Origin: Blastocatellia bacterium
Lineage (GTDB): Bacteria; Acidobacteriota; Blastocatellia; Pyrinomonadales; Pyrinomonadaceae
DNA: 24,000 bases
Assembly (NCBI GenBank): GCA_003488005.1
Contig: DNND01000024.1
Location: forward strand, 1-24,000
Reading direction: 5' to 3'
Positions 1 to 7,061 of the stretch are shown piece by piece. The notes under the pieces are model-generated. The model saw only the letters and a program-made list of their open reading frames with translations, did no database searches and was not told the origin of the DNA. Position 1 is the stretch's first letter, and each line of letters begins with the position of its first letter. The position numbers and the translations under genes are program-made.

Positions 1-147
1 CCGCTGGCAGGCATTCCAGTAGTGGGCAATGAGGTCAGTACCGCCTGCGGTAGCGGGTGGGTTCTTACGCCAGTTTCCGCTGGCAGGCACTCCAGCAGCG
101 CGCAATGAGGTCAGTACCGCCTGCGGTAGCGGGTGGGTTCTTACGCC
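1..147 (+). repeat. REP-like element family A, two tandem ~76-bp copies
   Basis: Units 1-76 and 77-147 are near-identical (ccgctggcaggcaYtccag...caatgaggtcagtaccgcctgcggtagcgggtgggttcttacgcc). The core holds a small palindrome, taccgc-ct-gcggta. The same core recurs at 1650-1681 and 16265-16299, and inverted at 16380-16412. Confidence 0.85.
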
Positions 148-196
148 GGGACTCCCCGAAAGGCCGACACAAACGTCTACCGGGGATTACCCAAAC

Positions 197-1522
197 ATGA
201 TCACATTCTCTCGAAAACAACTTCTCCTTTGTCTCCCCTTGTTGCTGACCGCCGCCTGTCACCGGACCGTTCCCGCCCCCGCAAAACCTCCCGCTGAACA
301 GTCCAAACCCTTTCAACCGCGCGCGCTGCGTGACGTTGTTTTCGAGCGCACACCGGCGCGGCTCGAGCGCGGCAGGTATCTGACCGAGGGCCTGCTCCAA
401 TGCTTCATCTGCCATTCGGATCGTGATTGGACCAAGCCCGGCGCGCCGCCAGTCGCCAACAAAAAAGGCGCCGGCCACATTTGGGAAGATCGTCCCTGGC
501 TAGTAGCGCCCAACCTCACGCCCGACAAAGAAACCGGCGCCGGTGACTGGACCGATGACATGTTTGCCCGCGCCATTCGCGAAGGTGTTGGTCACGACGG
601 GCGCTTGCTCCATCCGCAAATGTGGTCCGGCTCATTCCGCAGTTTGTCTGATGAAGACCTCGCTTCAGTTATCGTCTACCTGCGCGCGCTGGCGCCTGTG
701 CTCAATCCTTTGCCGAAAACAAATATTCCTGAAGAACGGAAGAAAACTCTTCCCACACTCGAGCCACTTGTCGATCCTGTTCCGCAACCTGACCTGTCGG
801 ACGCAGTTAAGCGCGGCACCTATCTCGCGCGCATCGCCGACTGTGCCGGCTGTCACACTGCCTGGGAAGCGCCCATCGTTCCTGGATTTTATGCGGGAGG
901 AAATTTTATCGAGCGCGGCAAGGAAAAGATTTTCAGCGCCAATCTCACGCCCGACTCTACCGGCATCGGCTATTACGACGATGCGCTTTTCCGTAGCACG
1001 ATTCGCACTGGACACGTGAAGGCACGCAAGCTGAGTTCGCTCATGCCCTGGATCGTCTTTCGTAATTTGAATGACGACGATCTGAAGGATTTGTTTGCCT
1101 ACTTGCGCGCGCGCCGCCCGGTGCATCACGTGGTTGATAACACTGAGCCGCCCACCGAATGTCCCGCGTGCGGACAGAAACACGGCTACGGCGATCGCAA
1201 CAGCAAGAAAACCGTCGTCGCCGTCAGCATCGATACCAATGCTTACGCTGACTATGTCGGTCGCTACCGCTTCGACGATGGCTTCATGATTACGATCAGC
1301 ACAGAAGGCAACAATTCCTACGGCGGCAACAATCTCAACGGCGGCAACAAACTCTTCATTCAATTCGCCAACGACCCTCGCAAGATCGAATTGATTCCCA
1401 TCTCGGCCACCGAATTCACCGCCGCTGACATTCCCGACGTGATCACCTTCGAGCGCAACGCGCAAGGGCACGTCACCCACCTGCTCTCCAACGTCGACGA
1501 AGTTGGTAAGAAGATTGAGTGA
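197..1522 (+). CDS. Di-haem c-type cytochrome, lipoprotein, with a C-terminal DUF3471-like domain
   Basis: Two CxxCH haem motifs (CFICH, CAGCH). The ATG at 197 gives the signal/lipobox MITFSRKQLLLCLPLLLTAAC. The ORF-track start at 29 lies inside the REP-like repeats. The C-terminus (YADYVGRYRF...ITFERNAQGHVTHLL) resembles a domain often appended to secreted enzymes. Confidence 0.85.
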   Translation: MITFSRKQLLLCLPLLLTAACHRTVPAPAKPPAEQSKPFQPRALRDVVFERTPARLERGRYLTEGLLQCFICHSDRDWTKPGAPPVANKKGAGHIWEDRPWLVAPNLTPDKETGAGDWTDDMFARAIREGVGHDGRLLHPQMWSGSFRSLSDEDLASVIVYLRALAPVLNPLPKTNIPEERKKTLPTLEPLVDPVPQPDLSDAVKRGTYLARIADCAGCHTAWEAPIVPGFYAGGNFIERGKEKIFSANLTPDSTGIGYYDDALFRSTIRTGHVKARKLSSLMPWIVFRNLNDDDLKDLFAYLRARRPVHHVVDNTEPPTECPACGQKHGYGDRNSKKTVVAVSIDTNAYADYVGRYRFDDGFMITISTEGNNSYGGNNLNGGNKLFIQFANDPRKIELIPISATEFTAADIPDVITFERNAQGHVTHLLSNVDEVGKKIE

Positions 1523-1608
1523 GCAGTGAGCAGTGGGCAGTGGGCAGGGCAGCGAGTGATGAGTGATGAGTGGTGAGTACCGAGTACTGAGTACTGAGTA
1601 CTGAGGCA
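1518..1608. repeat. Heptamer tandem array, 13 in-phase 7-nt units
   Basis: AGTGAGC AGTGAGC AGTGGGC AGTGGGC AGGGCAG CGAGTGA TGAGTGA TGAGTGG TGAGTAC CGAGTAC TGAGTAC TGAGTAC TGAGGCA. The first unit contains the cytochrome c stop codon (TGA 1520-1522). Confidence 0.9.
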
Positions 1609-1636
1609 AGAAGTAGGTCTTGCGTTCGCAGCCGTT

Positions 1637-1684
1637 CCGCTAGCGGTCGATGAGGTCAGTACCGCCTGCGGTAGCGGGTGGATG
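1637..1684 (+). repeat. REP-like element family A, single copy
   Basis: ccgctagcggtcgatgaggtcagtaccgcctgcggtagcgggtgg matches the core of the copies at 1-147. Confidence 0.85.
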
Positions 1685-1733
1685 TATTATCCTTTTTCGC
1701 CAAGCCCTAACTCCCGAGCAAAAGCGCCCAAGC

Positions 1734-1859
1734 ATTCACGATTCACGGCTCTATCATCTGTGTAATCCGCGTAATCTGCGGATGTTTCCGGCTGTTTACT
1801 GTTTGCCGTTTGCTCTTTGCTTTTCCATTTTACCATTCACCATTTACCATTCACCTCGC
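1734..1859. repeat. 7-nt periodic leader region, about 18 in-phase units
   Basis: ATTCACG ATTCACG ... GTAATCC GCGTAAT CTGCGGA TGTTTCC GGCTGTT TACTGTT TGCCGTT TGCTCTT TGCTTTT CCATTTT ACCATTC ACCATTT ACCATTC ACCTCGC. The array ends exactly at the ATG at 1860. Confidence 0.75.
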
Positions 1860-2636
1860 ATGTCTTCCACCTTTCAAGCAGACTTTGATCGCATCGCACT
1901 CGCTTCACCCGAAGGTGGGATTCAAAACGAGCACTACCACAACTTTCTTCTCAAACAAGTTCCTTCGCGCTGCGACCAGGTTCTGGAAATTGGCTGCGGC
2001 ACCGGAACCTTCGCCCGCGCGCTGGCCGCGCGTTCGAATCATGTGCTCGGCATTGATCTCTCGCCGGAAATGATTCGTCTCGCGCGCGAAAACTCAACTC
2101 AGTCAAGCAAGGCCCGAGGTCAGCAAGCTCGAGGTCAGCAGGCTCGAGGTCAGCAGGCTGGAGTTCAGGAGGCTCGAGGTCAGGAAGGGGGCGTGCCCCC
2201 GCTTTGGTTTTCTAACCTTGAATTTCAGGTGGGCGATATTCTTCAGTTCGATCTACCGTCGGAGCACTTCGACTGCATTGCCAGCATCGCGACCCTTCAT
2301 CACCTGCCATTTCGTGAAGTGTTGTTGAAAATGAAAGCAGCGCTCAAGCCTGGCGGCGTATTGCTGATCCTCGATTTGTTCGAACCACAAGGCGTGTCGG
2401 ACTGGCTACTAAATTTCCCTGCCCTCTCCGTAAGCACCATACTGCGTTTGATTAGTCATCACCGGCTGCGCCCCCGCCGCGAAGTGCGCGCCGCCTGGGC
2501 CGCCCACGAAGCCCACGACCTCTACCCAACGATGACCGACATGCGCTCCATCTGCGCCGACCTCCTCCCCGGTGCCAAAGTCAGAAAACATCTCCTTTGG
2601 CGCTACTCAATTGTTTGGTATAACTCAAACTCATGA
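1860..2636 (+). CDS. Class I SAM-dependent methyltransferase (small-molecule type, not a DNA MTase)
   Basis: SAM-binding motif I VLEIGCGTGTFARAL, followed by VLGIDLSPEMIRLAREN. No (D/N/S)PP(Y/F) DNA-MTase motif. The ATG at 1860 (MSSTFQADF) is preferred over the track start at 1650, which is repeat-derived. Confidence 0.8.
   Translation: MSSTFQADFDRIALASPEGGIQNEHYHNFLLKQVPSRCDQVLEIGCGTGTFARALAARSNHVLGIDLSPEMIRLARENSTQSSKARGQQARGQQARGQQAGVQEARGQEGGVPPLWFSNLEFQVGDILQFDLPSEHFDCIASIATLHHLPFREVLLKMKAALKPGGVLLILDLFEPQGVSDWLLNFPALSVSTILRLISHHRLRPRREVRAAWAAHEAHDLYPTMTDMRSICADLLPGAKVRKHLLWRYSIVWYNSNS
2112..2186 (+). repeat. In-frame 15-nt x5 tandem repeat inside the methyltransferase CDS
   Basis: gcccgaggtcagcaa / gctcgaggtcagcag / gctcgaggtcagcag / gctggagttcaggag / gctcgaggtcaggaa, encoding ARGQQARGQQARGQQAGVQEARGQE. 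Confidence 0.9.
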
Positions 2637-3835
2637 ACCTTTCCTCCATCTTTTCCCATGTCGCTCACAAACAACTTGTTCGCGTTGATCTTCCAAAATT
2701 GGGTTCAAACCAACACGAACTTAACGGTGTAACAGCACTCAAGGAATTCTTTGGATCTACAGAACCTTCACGCGGAAAGATAAGTTGGCATTACTTCGCT
2801 GACGATCAGGATCCGATCCAGGATGAGGGCGAGTTCACGTTCTACGATGCACGCGCCAAAAGCGCGGAAACCACTGGACGCAGCGAGTGGCGTTTTTACT
2901 ACTACGGGAATTTTCTCTCATGCGCGACGATAGGTGATTGGTTCTTTCTGGTGCGCTCCCAATCGGGACGCTTGTTCGGATTGGTGTTCCAGCAGGATTC
3001 AGCATGGCTTCGGGCAGCCCAAGCGTTGTTCGGAGTTGAAGCGTCGGATCCATCATTCTATCTGGTGACCCGCGAGATTCTCGACAACCAACAGGTTGAA
3101 TTACTTCGCCGACAAATTCTGACTGAACTCGACTTGGAAGTTACGCTTCCGGCACGTCCAAGCGATGAAGAGCTGATGCTTAAGAAATACAACCGAACGT
3201 TTCCAACAACTAAAGAGATGGCAGCGTTAGCGCGCTCCCAAGTAGAAGTAGACTTGCAAAAGCCCGACGAAGTGCTGGTTCGTTGGCTTGATAGAGAGGA
3301 AGAACTATTCAGGGCCTTGGAGAATGTCATTATCGGAGAACGCCTGAAGGCTGGGTTTGAATCAGTCGACGATTTCATTGCATATTCACTCTCCGTGCAA
3401 AACCGACGGAAATCCCGAATGGGCTTAGCTCTTCAAAACCACCTCGCCGAATTGTTTACCCAACAGGGCTTGAAATTCACCGCGCAGGCTCACACAGAAG
3501 CAAACAATCGACCCGATTTCATCTTTCCCGGCGAACGGCAATATCATGATGCAGCGTTCGAGGTAGCGCTGCTGGTAATGCTTGGCGTGAAGTCGACGAG
3601 TAAGGACCGATGGCGACAGGTTCTAACAGAGGCCGATAAAATCCGTCGAAAACATCTTTGCACGCTTGAACCGGGCATCTCGACTAAACAGACCGATGAG
3701 ATGGTCCGGCAAGAGTTGACGCTTGTTGTTCCCGCTACATTGCATGAAACCTATACTAGAGCTCAGCGCGAGTGGTTATTAAGTGTCGGGGCGTTTATCG
3801 AATTCGCACGTGGCAAACAGAGTCAGGAACCCTAA
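2633..3835 (+). CDS. Type II restriction endonuclease, EcoRII family (EcoRII-C catalytic domain)
   Basis: The C-terminal half aligns, from my memory of EcoRII, over GFESVDDFIAYSLSVQNRRKSRMG...NNRPDFIFPG...LGVKSTSKDRWRQVLTEADKI...LVVPATLHETY...LSVGAFIEF. Vsr and a C5-MTase are adjacent. The start overlaps the upstream stop (ATGA). Confidence 0.85.
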   Translation: MNLSSIFSHVAHKQLVRVDLPKLGSNQHELNGVTALKEFFGSTEPSRGKISWHYFADDQDPIQDEGEFTFYDARAKSAETTGRSEWRFYYYGNFLSCATIGDWFFLVRSQSGRLFGLVFQQDSAWLRAAQALFGVEASDPSFYLVTREILDNQQVELLRRQILTELDLEVTLPARPSDEELMLKKYNRTFPTTKEMAALARSQVEVDLQKPDEVLVRWLDREEELFRALENVIIGERLKAGFESVDDFIAYSLSVQNRRKSRMGLALQNHLAELFTQQGLKFTAQAHTEANNRPDFIFPGERQYHDAAFEVALLVMLGVKSTSKDRWRQVLTEADKIRRKHLCTLEPGISTKQTDEMVRQELTLVVPATLHETYTRAQREWLLSVGAFIEFARGKQSQEP

Positions 3836-3910
3836 ATAGGCCGCATCGAAACTACTCATTAACTACCGCTCACTATCTCGCCACTGAGTCATTAGAATAC
3901 CCCACAAAAA

Positions 3911-4318
3911 ATGGCAGACGTATTAACGCCAGCACAACGTAGCTTCAATATGTCGCGTATCAAGAATCGGAATACGCGGCCTGAGATGATCGTGCGCTCT
4001 ATTGTTCATCGGCTGGGTTATCGATATCGACTCCACAAGAAAAATCTTCCAGGCAAACCGGACGTGGTTCTTGTGCGCCATCGAAAGATCATCGATGTGC
4101 ATGGATGCTTCTTTCACATGCACACCTGCAAGTATGGGAAGGTAGTACCCGCGACGAACGCTGAGTTTTGGAAAGCAAAGCGGTTGTCGAACGTGGAGAG
4201 GGATCGTCGGAACTTGCGAGCATTGAAGCGGGAAGGTTGGCGCGTGATGACTGTCTGGGAATGCGAAACCAGAAACGCCAAACAGCTTGCAAAACGGCTG
4301 GAAAGATTTCTGAAATAG
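3911..4318 (+). CDS. vsr: Very short patch repair endonuclease
   Basis: MADV...RSFNMSRIK..NTRPE...LPGKPDVVL...IDVHGCFFH.H.C...PATNAEFW.AK...NVERDRRN...L...GWRV..VWECE is collinear with E. coli Vsr as I recall it. It lies next to a C5-MTase. Confidence 0.93.
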   Translation: MADVLTPAQRSFNMSRIKNRNTRPEMIVRSIVHRLGYRYRLHKKNLPGKPDVVLVRHRKIIDVHGCFFHMHTCKYGKVVPATNAEFWKAKRLSNVERDRRNLRALKREGWRVMTVWECETRNAKQLAKRLERFLK

Positions 4319-4327
4319 TAACGTCTC

Positions 4328-5338
4328 TTAGGCAGATGATGCATGAGAGAGAGATAGCTGCCGTGCTTTTCGGTATACCCGACGTGTCGATTTTTGTCCT
4401 TCGAATAGACACTTAACCATTTCGCCCGCTATGTGCTCGACCACAGGGACAACCACCGAATTACCAAACTGTTTGTATGCCCTGGTATCGCTAACTTCGA
4501 TTTGGAAATCCTCGGGAAATCCCATTAGCCTTGCGCATTCGCGGGGCGTTAAGCGGCGCGGGTTTTTACCCTTTTGTTGGATCAGTATTTCGCTACCGTC
4601 CTTGTAATAGCGTGCACTTAGCGTCCGTGCGATTCCTTTAGGATCAGTCAACCCGAAGCCAAACCCATTTCCTTTTGCGCGATGCTTATCAGCATAATCC
4701 CTAAGATATTTCCAGAGATGGTTAGTTAAGGTGTAACGATCCTCAACTTGGGGTTCAAGGATTTTCCCAAAGCGGGGTTTCAGGTCTGGGAGTTTTGGCA
4801 ACTGGAAGCTAACAGGGTCTCTGAAGCCAATTAAATATATTCGTTCCCTATGTTGAGGTACGACGGAACGTGCATCGAGCAGCTCAGGATACACGTGGTA
4901 GCCAAGTTCGTCTTCGAGAGTATGCAAGATAGTCTCATAAGTGTGCCCTGTGTCGTGTCTCATGAGGTTCTTTACGTTTTCAAGGAGGAAGGCTTTTGGC
5001 TTCTTTGCTTTGATGATCCGAGCCACGTCAAAAAACAAAGTGCCTTGTGTAGCATGTTCGAATCCATGGGCATTACCCAGGGCGTTGTTTTTTGTGACGC
5101 CGGCGATTGAGAACGGCTGGCATGGAAAGCCGGCAGTGAGAATGTCATGATCGGGAATGTCCTCTGCCTCTATCTTAGTGATATCCCCGGCGGGTTTTTC
5201 ATGAAAATTTGCTTCGTAGGTTTGGGTCGCATACTTGTCCCACTCGGAAGCGAATAAGCAAGTTCCTCCGACGTTCTGGAACGCTATTCGAAAGCCGCCA
5301 ATGCCGGCAAACAATTCAATGAAAGTAAACGAGGCCAT
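4328..5338 (-). CDS. dcm: DNA (cytosine-5)-methyltransferase
   Basis: All canonical C5-MTase motifs are present: FAGIGGF (I), GFPCQPFS (IV), ENVKNL (VI), [11 protein letters not shown] (VIII), [12 protein letters not shown] (IX), FGNSVVVPV (X). At 336 aa the target-recognition domain is short. Confidence 0.95.
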   Translation of the reverse strand: MASFTFIELFAGIGGFRIAFQNVGGTCLFASEWDKYATQTYEANFHEKPAGDITKIEAEDIPDHDILTAGFPCQPFSIAGVTKNNALGNAHGFEHATQGTLFFDVARIIKAKKPKAFLLENVKNLMRHDTGHTYETILHTLEDELGYHVYPELLDARSVVPQHRERIYLIGFRDPVSFQLPKLPDLKPRFGKILEPQVEDRYTLTNHLWKYLRDYADKHRAKGNGFGFGLTDPKGIARTLSARYYKDGSEILIQQKGKNPRRLTPRECARLMGFPEDFQIEVSDTRAYKQFGNSVVVPVVEHIAGEMVKCLFEGQKSTRRVYRKARQLSLSHASSA

Positions 5339-5574
5339 ATGTTCAGGTAACTTTTCGATATCTCTGAAATGTTGTGGCGTATGTTAAGACCGTCCTGCAG
5401 GATTAACAAGAACGTTTTGCCGGAGGGCGTAGTCTACTCTATGAAAGAATTCTTGCTGCACGACCGCAGCCTCGAGATTTGATATTGCTCACCGGACATC
5501 TTGGTATTGAACACTAAGCGTCTTCATCATCTACTTCTTTCATCAGTCGATTTATAGTTCCTAATCAAGTGAAA

Positions 5575-6300
5575 TCATTTCTGCGCCGGGAGGAACTTAC
5601 TAAACTCTTGCGGCATCATGCCCATCAAATCCAATGCCTCCATCATATAAAGGTTCCACGTTACGTCAAATTGCTGTAAGACGTCAGCGAGTCGCCGTGC
5701 GCTGCCGGGTCCCTTGCCTGCCGCTCCGCGTCGCGGCCGCCGCGTGGATCGATCTATATATAGATTCGTAGCTAGTTCAACCACAGCCCGATTTGTGACA
5801 AGCTCTTGCCGTGCGGAAATCTGCTCAGCAATCTCGCCAGGTTTACTTAGAGGCCCGCTAAGCAAAGCAAGAGCTCGGTCAGGATTGTCGCGATGCGTTC
5901 TATAAATCCGGAATGGACCTGCAAGTAAGTGGCGATAATACTTTCTAAAATTCGAAGTTGCTGGTATCCATCGCGCCCGGTCGCCAGGTTTTCTCTTGCC
6001 TGACTTATCAACTGGGCAGAGCTGGTCAAAGAAATACAATGAAAGCCAAGCCCAAATACCTCGATCCCTATCAAGTTCAGGTATCCCGGAGTCTGCCAAG
6101 AGATCGTAGAGGTATCTAGCAGCCTCTAATCGGCTGGCAAATGTTTGCATCTTGATCTCGATTGCGTTGGGGAGATCTTCGGTGGTGTGCGGATCTTCCA
6201 AAATCGGGGACGGAACTGGTAAAGGCTCCTCGCCTGTCAGAGAGTCTAAGAAATCATTAAACCTTTCTAGCCCCAGTTTATTGAACCTCTTGATGATCAC
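5575..6300 (-). CDS. Hypothetical protein, gene E (last) of the GHKL operon
   Basis: 241-aa ORF. The GTG start at 6300 overlaps the upstream stop by 1 nt (TAGTG), with GGAG 8 nt upstream. I recognise no family motif. Confidence 0.7.
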   Translation of the reverse strand: MIIKRFNKLGLERFNDFLDSLTGEEPLPVPSPILEDPHTTEDLPNAIEIKMQTFASRLEAARYLYDLLADSGIPELDRDRGIWAWLSLYFFDQLCPVDKSGKRKPGDRARWIPATSNFRKYYRHLLAGPFRIYRTHRDNPDRALALLSGPLSKPGEIAEQISARQELVTNRAVVELATNLYIDRSTRRPRRGAAGKGPGSARRLADVLQQFDVTWNLYMMEALDLMGMMPQEFSKFLPAQK

Positions 6301-7061
6301 TACGACTGCTCCTCCTTCCAGTATGTGCGAAACTGTTCCAACATTCCGTGCGATTTTGAAAAGGCTGCAACAGCGTTGTCCACCCAGTCGTCATATTCCG
6401 AAAAGCCCTTCTCCTCCGGAGGAGCGGACACACCCGGAAGTCGAGTAGCATATCGTAGCCATTCAGCCCTCCAATCTTCGACATCGTCCACCTCATGATA
6501 TTTTTCGACCCACAAGATTCTAGTTAGTATTTGTCGCAGAACCTGCGGATAAACCAGCGAAACAAAGACCGGTAGTTTAGCTACCGTGCGCCAGTCACCC
6601 AAGGATGAATTAACCAGTAAAAGAGGACGGTCAGCGAAGTCCATCTTAGTAATTTCGAAGTCGAGGTCCTCGGAAGCAACAGGTAGAAGGGGCGCTCGTT
6701 TCTCCTCCTGTTCTTCAGATAACTGAAAGGGAATTTGGTCTGCCTCAGCCAATAACTTTCCAGGAGTAGGCTCACCGGATGTAACCCTCACACGGAATCG
6801 CACGCCTTCGGGCGAATCGAATTCTGTCAATTCTCGGTTCTCAGAAGGAATAAGCTCATAAACAGTTCCGAAGTCAAACCGCATCCAACCAGTCTGCCGA
6901 TACGCTTCGACTGAAACGGTGGCCTCCTTTGGTAAAGAGTAATCCTCGAGTTCAACCTTCGCATCGAACCTTGCCGGCCCGCTTGGGTTACTGTGGACTA
7001 CAACACTAACGTGGTCCCTTGTTATTCGTTTGCGCCCGGTGTAGTTAATTCGTCGAATCAT
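6300..7061 (-). CDS. Hypothetical protein, gene D of the GHKL operon
   Basis: 253-aa ORF. The ATG at 7061 is preceded by a strong SD (GGGAGGA, 5-nt spacer) and overlaps the GHKL gene end by 17 nt. The N-terminal half looks beta-rich and the C-terminal half helical. I recognise no family motif. Confidence 0.75.
   Translation of the reverse strand: MIRRINYTGRKRITRDHVSVVVHSNPSGPARFDAKVELEDYSLPKEATVSVEAYRQTGWMRFDFGTVYELIPSENRELTEFDSPEGVRFRVRVTSGEPTPGKLLAEADQIPFQLSEEQEEKRAPLLPVASEDLDFEITKMDFADRPLLLVNSSLGDWRTVAKLPVFVSLVYPQVLRQILTRILWVEKYHEVDDVEDWRAEWLRYATRLPGVSAPPEEKGFSEYDDWVDNAVAAFSKSHGMLEQFRTYWKEEQS

Noticed and set aside
29-196. N-terminal 56-aa extension of the cytochrome c ORF (MRSVPPAVAGGFLRQ...)
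   Set aside because: It is encoded entirely by the tandem REP-like family A copies. The same MRSVPPAVAGG peptide opens an unrelated ORF at 1650. The ATG at 197 gives a proper lipoprotein signal peptide.
1518-1608. Possibility that the short tandem repeats (here and at 10747-10840, 14894-15026, 23605-23678) are CRISPR arrays
   Set aside because: The period is 7 nt with no unique spacers, the units are contiguous, and no cas genes are present. These are microsatellite or STRR-like arrays, not CRISPR.
665-1609. 314-aa minus-strand ORF antisense to the cytochrome c gene
   Set aside because: It lies fully within a well-supported plus-strand CDS with haem motifs. Its sequence is low-complexity (Val/Ala/Gly/Asp-rich), typical of antisense frames in GC-rich genes, and it ends in the heptamer array.
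1650-1859. N-terminal 70-aa extension of the methyltransferase ORF
   Set aside because: It starts in a REP family A copy and runs through 7-nt periodic repeat DNA. The methyltransferase fold begins after the ATG at 1860.
5339-5574. A small controller (C-protein) gene or terminator in the AT-rich 236-bp gap between the GHKL operon and dcm
   Set aside because: Only trivial ORFs are present (for example a 9-codon MKEVDDEDA), there is no HTH-sized frame, and there is no GC-rich hairpin with a U-tract. Nothing here is supportable.
5575-6300. A PD-(D/E)xK nuclease motif in operon gene E (TTEDLPNAIEIKM: D...E-I-K)
   Set aside because: The spacing between the Asp and ExK is too short and there is no supporting secondary-structure context. 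It is a single weak pattern match, so no nuclease call was made.
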